This document shows positions 9,832 through 17,138 of a stretch of DNA of 64,000 nucleotides, one piece after another (position 1 is the first letter of the stretch; each line of letters begins with the position of its first letter). Under the pieces are notes generated by a model. It was not told the origin of the DNA. It saw only the letters and a program-made list of their open reading frames with translations, and ran no database searches. The position numbers were made by a program, and so were the translations under genes. This stretch comes from Bacilli bacterium (GTDB lineage: Bacteria > Bacillota_I > Bacilli_A > RFN20 > UBA1709), in NCBI GenBank assembly GCA_034115825.1, contig JAXESU010000002.1:79226-143225 (forward strand), given 5' to 3'.

Positions 9832-10527
9832 TTACTTTCCTTCTTTTATTTGAAAATGATATAAAATTGAATTAGCAATAAACGAAATAATTAATAAGAT
9901 AATTCCGACAGCAATCGCCCTTTCATAATCTCCCATACTTTTTAATTGAGAGATATAAGTCGTCATAACTCTTGTTTCTCCACTAATATTTCCACCGACT
10001 AACATAACTGCACCAACTTCAGAGATTGAACGAGAAAATCCTGAAACAATCGCCATTAATAAACCACTTTTAAGTTCAAATAAAGTAAGTTTAAATGTTT
10101 CAAATTTATTAGCTCCTAAAGTCTTAGCAAGCATTTCCACCTCAGAATAACGATTTTTACAAGCGCTAATTGTTAATCCCATAATAATTGGGATAATTAG
10201 TAATACTTGAGCAATAATCATTGCTGGAACAGTAAAATTTAATTGAAGAGAGCCTAAAGGACCATTACGCATTAAAAGCAAAAAGACAAACAAACCACAT
10301 AAAACTGGTGGAAAACCCATAAAGGTATAAATTAAACGCATTAAAATTGATTTAAAACGAAATTGGTGTTTAGCAATGATTATTCCTAATGGAATAGCAA
10401 TAAGACTTGCAATTAACAATGAAATAAACGAAACCTTTAAAGATAAGAAAATGACTTCCATAATCTCTTGATCAAAGTTAAAAATTAATCTTATTGCCTC
10501 TTTAATTCCATCTAAAATAACTTTCAT
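9832..10527 (-). CDS. tupB: Tungstate ABC transporter permease
   Basis: 231 aa, 5-6 TM segments, ABC type-I permease signature region. Lies between tupA and tupC. Confidence 0.7.
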   Translation of the reverse strand: MKVILDGIKEAIRLIFNFDQEIMEVIFLSLKVSFISLLIASLIAIPLGIIIAKHQFRFKSILMRLIYTFMGFPPVLCGLFVFLLLMRNGPLGSLQLNFTVPAMIIAQVLLIIPIIMGLTISACKNRYSEVEMLAKTLGANKFETFKLTLFELKSGLLMAIVSGFSRSISEVGAVMLVGGNISGETRVMTTYISQLKSMGDYERAIAVGIILLIISFIANSILYHFQIKEGK

Positions 10528-10529
10528 AA

Positions 10530-11375
10530 TTATTTTTTATAATTTGGAGTAAACAAAGGGGCTCCAAATTCTTCAACACCATATTTACCAATTAATGCTT
10601 GAGTTTCATCACTAATTAACCAGTTTTGGAAAGCTTTTGCACCTTTATAATTAATTTTGTCATTTTTGTTAGGATTAACGCAAATGCATGAATATTGATT
10701 GTATAAAATACCACTTGGGTCATTTTCACTAACAATTTGTAAATTATCATAATGATCTAAATTATTTAACCAAGTTGCACGATCAGTTAAAGTATAAGCA
10801 TCTTTTTCGTTAGCCATTTCCAAAACTGCTCCCATACCTGTTCCTGCTTCAACATAATAATCTTTGTTTTTTGGATTGACATTAATCATTTCCCAAACAC
10901 TCATTTCTTTATTATGTGTTCCCGAGTTATCGGCACGTGAAATAAATTTTGAACTATTTGCTTCATCAATTGTTTTAAAAGCTTCACTAACATTATTATA
11001 ACTATCAGTCTTAATTGAAAGCGGATCAGTTTTAGGACCAACAATGATAAAATCATTATACATAATTTCAATACGTCCAGCTTCATCCGCATGTCCTTCA
11101 CTAACAAATTGTTCTTCACTTGCTTTAGAGTGAACAAGCAAAACATCTGCCTCACCATCTTTACCATTTTGTAAAGCAGCGCCCGTTCCTACAGCAACAA
11201 CCTTAACATTATAACCTGTTTCTTCTTCAAAAACTGGTAATAAATAATCAAGTAATCCACTATCTTGCGTAGATGTTGTTGTTGATAAAATAATGTCTTT
11301 TTGACTATTATTACCACAACCAGATAAACTAACCAAAAGGGCACCAATACCTAAAAATAAAGCCATTTTTTTCAT
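10530..11375 (-). CDS. tupA: Tungstate-binding lipoprotein (substrate-binding protein)
   Basis: Lipobox LSGC, TTTSTQDSGLL motif characteristic of TupA/WtpA-type oxyanion binders, 281 aa. Confidence 0.75.
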   Translation of the reverse strand: MKKMALFLGIGALLVSLSGCGNNSQKDIILSTTTSTQDSGLLDYLLPVFEEETGYNVKVVAVGTGAALQNGKDGEADVLLVHSKASEEQFVSEGHADEAGRIEIMYNDFIIVGPKTDPLSIKTDSYNNVSEAFKTIDEANSSKFISRADNSGTHNKEMSVWEMINVNPKNKDYYVEAGTGMGAVLEMANEKDAYTLTDRATWLNNLDHYDNLQIVSENDPSGILYNQYSCICVNPNKNDKINYKGAKAFQNWLISDETQALIGKYGVEEFGAPLFTPNYKK

Positions 11376-11434
11376 ATAATATTCACTCCTTTTAAAATAT
11401 AAATTTTGATTATTTTATTTCTTTCCTTAATTAA

Positions 11435-11463
11435 ATTATTGCACTTTAATTATTAATAATCAA
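11435..11463 (-). promoter_or_regulatory. Candidate sigma-A promoter of the tup-moa-aor operon (TTGATT - 17 nt - TGcAATAAT on the minus strand)
   Basis: Minus-strand sequence TTGATTattaataattaaagtgcAATAAT lies ~60-90 nt upstream of the tupA ATG. It includes an extended -10 TG. Confidence 0.3.
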
Positions 11464-11557
11464 CCTCTTTTTGACTTTGTGAAAAAAATAACTATTTTTC
11501 ACAATTTCTCTTATATTTACTGGGCTTTTTTATTACAAATTTTTGTGTTTTTCTCTA

Positions 11558-11586
11558 TTGACCACTCGGTCAATATAGTGTATAAT
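11558..11586 (+). promoter_or_regulatory. Sigma-A promoter (TTGACC-17-TATAAT) overlapping a perfect 16-bp palindromic operator TTGACCACTCGGTCAA
   Basis: Read directly: -35 TTGACC at 11558-11563, 17-nt spacer, -10 TATAAT at 11581-11586, about 25 nt before the TetR ATG. The palindrome at 11558-11573 is a typical TetR-type operator. Confidence 0.7.
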
Positions 11587-11611
11587 ACTCTTCTAGAAAG
11601 AAGATGAAAAA

Positions 11612-12184
11612 ATGGAAACAAAAGAAAAAATAGTAGATTATGCAATTGCTTTATTTGCCGAAAATTCATACGAAAATGCTTCGCTTAACGAGCTAGTTAA
11701 GCAAGCCAATATATCCAAAGGGATAATCTATCATTATTTCAAAAATAAAGAAGAACTTTACTTATATTGTGTTAATTTATGTTTTGAAACTATGTATTCT
11801 TTTTATTGTTCAAAAAATATTAATTCAATTGATGATTTAATGAGTTGTCGTTTATCTTTTTTTGAAAATAATCCAGCACTCAAAAAAATCTTTTTTAATG
11901 CAATTTTAAAATCCCCCACATTGATTAAAGACAAAGTTTATCAATTAAAAGTAAAAATTGATGATTTTCATGAGCAAATTTATCTTAATTATTTAAAGAC
12001 ATGCCATCTTCGTGAAAGTATAAGTTTAGATTATGCATTAAAATACTTACGCTTAATCAGCAATAGTTTTAATGACTTATTTATAAATAGTGATAAAGAT
12101 ATTTCTATCTTAAGTGATGAACACGAAGAAAATATCACTAAACTAATTGATGTTTATTTACATGGTGTTTTGAAAGAAGGTTAA
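11612..12184 (+). CDS. TetR/AcrR family transcriptional regulator
   Basis: 190 aa with an N-terminal HTH (ENASLNELVKQANISKGIIYHYF), typical TetR_N. Confidence 0.8.
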   Translation: METKEKIVDYAIALFAENSYENASLNELVKQANISKGIIYHYFKNKEELYLYCVNLCFETMYSFYCSKNINSIDDLMSCRLSFFENNPALKKIFFNAILKSPTLIKDKVYQLKVKIDDFHEQIYLNYLKTCHLRESISLDYALKYLRLISNSFNDLFINSDKDISILSDEHEENITKLIDVYLHGVLKEG

Positions 12185-12186
12185 TT

Positions 12187-13410
12187 ATGTTATTTTTACG
12201 TTTTTTACTTGCTGTTTTAATAGCTTTTATATGCGGTAAATTAATTTCCAAATTAAAACTTCCAGCTATTTTAGGGTGGTTAATTGCAGGAATGATTTTA
12301 GGCCCATATGCCTTAAAACTAATTAACAATGATATTATTAATTCGTCTATTTACAAAATGGGCGTTAATATTTTAGAATGTAGTGTTGGCCTTTTAATTG
12401 GAACCGAAATCATTTTTAAAAAAATTGCTAAAACTGGCAAAGAAATTATTACCATTACTATTGTCCAATCAATCGGAACTTTTTTATTTGTTTCGCTTGT
12501 TTTTGGGATTATTTTCTTCTTTATGAATATCCCCTTATATCTAGCATTAATCTTTGGAGGTATTGCCCTTGCAACCGCTCCAGCCCCTGCTATTTCTGTT
12601 GTTAAAGAATTTAAAACTAAAGGTCCAGTTACTGATACTTTGCTTCCATTAGCTGCTCTTGATGACATCATCGGAGTAATTGTTTTCTTCTCAGTTATTG
12701 CCTTTGTTAATTTAACTCTTAATGGCGGTACCACCTCGCCTTTAAGTGTTGTTTTAATGATTGTTGCTCCAATCGTAATTGGTATTTTATGTGGCTTATT
12801 AACCGGTTTTATTATGAAGAAAATCGATAAAAATAATTTTGTAATTATGATTATTTCATTATTAGTTTCCAGTATTATCGGGCTTTTAATCAATTATCAA
12901 TTATTACAAACTCCAATTCTTAACTTCATGTTAATTGGCATGGCTTTTTCTTCTACATTTGCCAATATGATTGGTGAAGAAAAAACTGATGAAATTATGA
13001 AAAAATTTAATCCAATCTTAGGAATTTCAATGATTGTTGTTATTTTAAACTTAGCTCTTCCCCTTGATTATCATCTTATCGCTGGAGCCGGAATATTTAC
13101 TCTTGTTTATATTGTGTCTAGAGCGTGTGGAAAATATTTTGGAGCCTTTTTTGGTGCCAAGATGTCCAAAGCACCCGCTACCGTACAAAAATATCTTGGC
13201 TTAACATTGCTCCCTCATTCTGGAGTATCGCTTGTATTTACTGGTATCACTGTTTCTACATTAATTACTAACGCCCCAGAGTTAGCAAGTATTGTTCAAG
13301 GAACAATTGCTTCAGCAGCAGTTATTAACGAAATTATTGCAGTAATCATTGCTCGTCAAGGTTTTAAATTAGCTAATGAGATTCCCACAAAAGAAATTAA
13401 AAAGGTATGA
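12187..13410 (+). CDS. Cation:proton antiporter (CPA1/CPA2, Na+/H+ exchanger family)
   Basis: 407 aa, ~11-12 TM segments, sequence typical of the Na_H_Exchanger family (ILGPYAL..., ATAPAPAISV...). Translationally coupled to TetR with a 2 nt gap. Confidence 0.7.
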   Translation: MLFLRFLLAVLIAFICGKLISKLKLPAILGWLIAGMILGPYALKLINNDIINSSIYKMGVNILECSVGLLIGTEIIFKKIAKTGKEIITITIVQSIGTFLFVSLVFGIIFFFMNIPLYLALIFGGIALATAPAPAISVVKEFKTKGPVTDTLLPLAALDDIIGVIVFFSVIAFVNLTLNGGTTSPLSVVLMIVAPIVIGILCGLLTGFIMKKIDKNNFVIMIISLLVSSIIGLLINYQLLQTPILNFMLIGMAFSSTFANMIGEEKTDEIMKKFNPILGISMIVVILNLALPLDYHLIAGAGIFTLVYIVSRACGKYFGAFFGAKMSKAPATVQKYLGLTLLPHSGVSLVFTGITVSTLITNAPELASIVQGTIASAAVINEIIAVIIARQGFKLANEIPTKEIKKV

Positions 13411-13438
13411 TTTAAATATTAATCATACCTTTTTTAAT
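13401..13438 (+). terminator. Rho-independent terminator (hairpin ggtatgatt...aatcatacc + T-tract)
   Basis: Inverted repeat followed by TTTTTTAATT immediately after the antiporter stop codon. Confidence 0.6.
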
Positions 13439-13454
13439 TATTTTTATATATTTA

Positions 13455-15401
13455 TTAATATAATTTTGCACCAGCAGGAATGTGTGAATCAACCATTAAA
13501 CAATGTAATTTTTCAATACCGTTTTCATGGTGAACAGCAGAAATAATCATACCACATGAATCAATACCCATCATCTTACGTGGAGGAAGATTTGTAATTG
13601 CAATAAGGGTTTTACCAACTAAATCTTCTGGTTCGTAATAATCATGAATACCACTTAGAATAACACGATCAACACCGCTACCATCATCTAAGACAAACTT
13701 TAATAATTTTTTGCTCTTAGCAACTGCGCTACATTCTTTAACTTTAACCGCTCTAAAATCAGATTTAGAGAATGTTTCAAAGTCAACAAAATCTTTGAAC
13801 AATGGTTCGATTTCAACGTTGCTAAAATCAATTACTTCTTCTTTAACTGTAACAGGTTCTTCTTTAGCACTAACTTCTACTTTGCTAACTTCTTTCTTAT
13901 TTTGCTTGTTATCTAAATTACGCATATGTGGGAATAATAATACTTCTCTAATTGAGTTAGTTCCACATAATAACATAACAAAACGGTCAATACCAATACC
14001 AACACCACCAGCAGGAGGCATACCATATTCTAGAGCTTCAACAAAGTCAACGTCCATTTGGTTAGCTTCATCATTACCTAATTCACGTTCTTTTAATTGA
14101 TTTTCAAATCTTTCTCTTTGGTCAATTGGATCATTTAATTCAGTAAATGCGTTAGCATATTCACTACCACAAATAAATAATTCAAAACGTAATGTATAAC
14201 GAGGATCTTTTGGATCTTTCTTAGCTAATGGTGAAATTTCAATTGGGTGACCAGTGACAAATGTAGGTTGAACACATTTCTTTTCACAATATTCTTCAAA
14301 GAATAAGTTTAAAATATGTCCTACACCAGTGTGGTGAGTTTCAACTTCAATATGGTGTTCTTTAGCTAATTTTTTAGCTTCTTCTAAATCATAAATCTTT
14401 GTAAAATCAATACCTGTTTCTTGTTTAACAAACTCAGCCATTGAAATACGTCTAAATGGTCCTTTTAAGTCAAGCATAACGCCATCTTTTTCAACTTGTT
14501 GAGTACCTAAAACATCTTTGGAAACGTTAGAGAAAACACCTTCAACTAAATCCATCATTGTATCTAAATCACCATATGCTTGATATGCTTCAATAGTTGT
14601 AAATTCTGGATTATGACGAGTATCCATACCTTCATTTCTAAATAAACGACCAATTTCGTATACTTTTTCTAGACCACCAACTAACAATCTCTTTAATGGT
14701 AATTCAGTTGCAATACGCAAATAGAAATCCATGTCTAATGTATTGTGATGAGTAACGAAAGGGCGAGCAGCAGCACCGCCTAAAATTGGATGTAAAACTG
14801 GAGTTTCAACTTCCATATAACCCAAACCATCCATATATCTTTGAATAGAACGAATGATTTTTGGTCTTAAAGTTGCAATACGTTTTGCATCTTCATTCAT
14901 AATTAAATCAACATATCTTCTTCTATAACGTTCTTCAACGTCAACTAAACCATGGAATTTTTCTGGTAATGGACGTAAAGCTTTTGATAAATGAGTATAT
15001 TCTAATGCTTTAATTGTAATTTCACCAGTCTTTGTAAGCATAACTTCACCTTTAATACCAATGAAATCACCAATATCGACTAACTTAAAGACATTATCAT
15101 ATACATCTTCACCGATAGTATCTTTTCTAATATAAACTTGGATAAAACCACCTAAATCTTGTAAAGTAACGAAGGCAACTTTACCCATATTACGAACAGT
15201 CATAACACGACCAGCAATTACTTCAATTGCTTTCATTTCAGCTAATTCGTCATGTGTTTTACCACCATAAATTCTTTTAATATCACTTGATAAATTTGTT
15301 CTTTCAAAACGATGACCAAATGGGTCAATACCTTGAGCACGTAACTTTTCTAACTTTTCACGTCTAACTAGCTCTTGGTCAGTTAATACTCTTTCTTCCA
15401 T
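13455..15401 (-). CDS. lysS: Lysyl-tRNA synthetase (class II) with C-terminal Trbp111/EMAPII-like tRNA-binding domain
   Basis: 648 aa. N-terminal anticodon-binding and class II catalytic core, plus a ~110-aa C-terminal OB-fold tRNA-binding domain (…[12 protein letters not shown]…GMIISA…). Confidence 0.85.
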   Translation of the reverse strand: MEERVLTDQELVRREKLEKLRAQGIDPFGHRFERTNLSSDIKRIYGGKTHDELAEMKAIEVIAGRVMTVRNMGKVAFVTLQDLGGFIQVYIRKDTIGEDVYDNVFKLVDIGDFIGIKGEVMLTKTGEITIKALEYTHLSKALRPLPEKFHGLVDVEERYRRRYVDLIMNEDAKRIATLRPKIIRSIQRYMDGLGYMEVETPVLHPILGGAAARPFVTHHNTLDMDFYLRIATELPLKRLLVGGLEKVYEIGRLFRNEGMDTRHNPEFTTIEAYQAYGDLDTMMDLVEGVFSNVSKDVLGTQQVEKDGVMLDLKGPFRRISMAEFVKQETGIDFTKIYDLEEAKKLAKEHHIEVETHHTGVGHILNLFFEEYCEKKCVQPTFVTGHPIEISPLAKKDPKDPRYTLRFELFICGSEYANAFTELNDPIDQRERFENQLKERELGNDEANQMDVDFVEALEYGMPPAGGVGIGIDRFVMLLCGTNSIREVLLFPHMRNLDNKQNKKEVSKVEVSAKEEPVTVKEEVIDFSNVEIEPLFKDFVDFETFSKSDFRAVKVKECSAVAKSKKLLKFVLDDGSGVDRVILSGIHDYYEPEDLVGKTLIAITNLPPRKMMGIDSCGMIISAVHHENGIEKLHCLMVDSHIPAGAKLY

Positions 15402-15451
15402 TTAAATAATTCCCCTTCCATAAGTATACCTTTAAAGTATATCATATTTTA

Positions 15452-16432
15452 TTATAAAATATTAGATTCATTTTGTAAAACATCATTTAATAATTCATCT
15501 AATTGCTTTAAAGATGATAATGTTTGAATTTGTTTTCGATATTCACTAGCATCTTTAATTCCTTTTAAATACCACGAAATATGACTACGCATTTCCTTTA
15601 AAGCTTTTAATTCATCTTGATAATAATCTTTTAAAAGACTAGCATGACGCTTACAAACCGCGACTCGATCATTTAAAGATGGAATGGTTTTAACTTCCCC
15701 ATCATTTATAAATTCATCAATTTGTTTAAAAAGCCAAGGATTACCTAAAGCTCCGCGACCAATCATAATGCCATCAGCATTGGTCATTTTTAAACATCTT
15801 ATCGCATCTTCTGGTGTTTTAATATCGCCATTAGCAATAACCGGTATCTTTACCGCTTCTTTAACTTGTTTAATATACGACCAGTCGGCTTTACCTTCAT
15901 ACATTTGTTTTTTTGTTCGGGCATGAATAACAATCATCTTGGCACCTGCTTCTTCCATTTTTTTAGCAAAAGAAACAACATTAATATGATCTTTATCAAT
16001 ACCTAAACGAAACTTAACGGTAACGGGTTTTTTAACATTTAAAACAATATTTTTAACAATTTCATACGCTAAATCTTCTTGTCCCATTAAAATTGATCCT
16101 GCATTAGCTTTACTCACCTTTAAAACTGGGCACCCCATATTAATATCAATAATGTCACATTCACAATGAGTATCAACATATTTAGCGGCTTCAACCATAT
16201 AATCGACTTTACCACCAAAAAGTTGTAAAGCACAAGGATGCTCATCACAATCGAGCATCCTTAATGTTTTTTCATTATTGTAACAAATTGCTTGGGCGCT
16301 AACCATTTCACTTACCACCAGTGAAGCCCCATATTCCATCATTAATTTACGATATGGTTTATTGGTAAGTCCCGCCATTGGAGCCAAGATAACATTCCCT
16401 TTTAATGTAACATCTCCAATTTTTAACCCCAT
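15452..16432 (-). CDS. dusB: tRNA-dihydrouridine synthase B
   Basis: 326 aa Dus family (LAPMAGLTN, FMN-binding TIM barrel motifs). Confidence 0.85.
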   Translation of the reverse strand: MGLKIGDVTLKGNVILAPMAGLTNKPYRKLMMEYGASLVVSEMVSAQAICYNNEKTLRMLDCDEHPCALQLFGGKVDYMVEAAKYVDTHCECDIIDINMGCPVLKVSKANAGSILMGQEDLAYEIVKNIVLNVKKPVTVKFRLGIDKDHINVVSFAKKMEEAGAKMIVIHARTKKQMYEGKADWSYIKQVKEAVKIPVIANGDIKTPEDAIRCLKMTNADGIMIGRGALGNPWLFKQIDEFINDGEVKTIPSLNDRVAVCKRHASLLKDYYQDELKALKEMRSHISWYLKGIKDASEYRKQIQTLSSLKQLDELLNDVLQNESNIL

Positions 16433-17133
16433 GGAATTTCCTCTACTTTCATTTTATGATTATTTACTTCTACACTTTTTATATGACCACTATTCATATG
16501 AATAATTCGATCTCCTAGATAAGCAATACCGGGATTATGAGTAATAATAACTAAAGTTGTTTTTAAAGTTTTATTAACTTCAACTAGTGATTCTAAAACG
16601 ACTTTACCTGTTTCTTCATCAAGAGCACCTGTTGGCTCATCACAAAACATAATCGCTGGATTTTTTGCCAAAGCACGAGCAATACTTACTCTTTGTTGTT
16701 GACCACCACTTAGTTTTTCGATTTTTTTATGACGTTCATCATATAGACCAACAACTTTTAAAATATCATCAATACTATATTTCTTATTTCTAGCAAGTGA
16801 ACCGCCGACTAAAACATTTTCATAAACATCCAAATTAACTAATAAATTGTACGTTTGGAAAATAAAGCCAATATTATCTTTACGGAATTTAGTCATTTTA
16901 CGATCACTTAAAGAAGTAATATCTTGATTTTTATAATAAATTTTACCACTACTACAAGTATCTAAACCTGAAATAACATTTAGCATTGTTGACTTACCAC
17001 TACCACTAGTTCCTAAAATAATTAAAATTTCACCTTCATAGATTGTTAAATCAATATTATCTAAAGCTTTCGTAACAATATCACCTTGGACATATTCTTT
17101 AGAAACTTTTTCTAATCGAAATAATTCTTCCAT
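16423..17133 (-). CDS. ABC transporter ATP-binding protein (MacB/LolD-like), paralog 1
   Basis: GTSGSGKST Walker A, LSGGQQQRVSIARAL signature, 236 aa. Confidence 0.85.
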   Translation of the reverse strand: MEELFRLEKVSKEYVQGDIVTKALDNIDLTIYEGEILIILGTSGSGKSTMLNVISGLDTCSSGKIYYKNQDITSLSDRKMTKFRKDNIGFIFQTYNLLVNLDVYENVLVGGSLARNKKYSIDDILKVVGLYDERHKKIEKLSGGQQQRVSIARALAKNPAIMFCDEPTGALDEETGKVVLESLVEVNKTLKTTLVIITHNPGIAYLGDRIIHMNSGHIKSVEVNNHKMKVEEIPWG

Positions 17134-17138
17134 ATTTT

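Noticed and set aside
10901-11167. 88-aa ORF overlapping tupA on the same strand in another frame
   Set aside because: Entirely contained in tupA, which has clear TupA motifs. No RBS. Chance ORF.
11376-11560. Possible Moco (molybdenum cofactor) riboswitch in the tupA leader
   Set aside because: The leader is short and extremely AT-rich. None of the GC-rich conserved Moco RNA motif helices are present.
12138-12893. Two minus-strand ORFs (63 and 180 aa) antisense to the TetR/antiporter genes
   Set aside because: They sit opposite strongly supported genes. They have no RBS, and their hydrophobic composition is a mirror-frame artefact of a membrane protein gene.
13711-14100. 129-aa + strand ORF inside lysS
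   Set aside because: Antisense to an essential conserved gene. Serine/leucine-rich translation typical of the reverse frame.
15684-15926. 80-aa + strand ORF inside dusB
   Set aside because: Antisense overlap with a conserved CDS, with no independent support.
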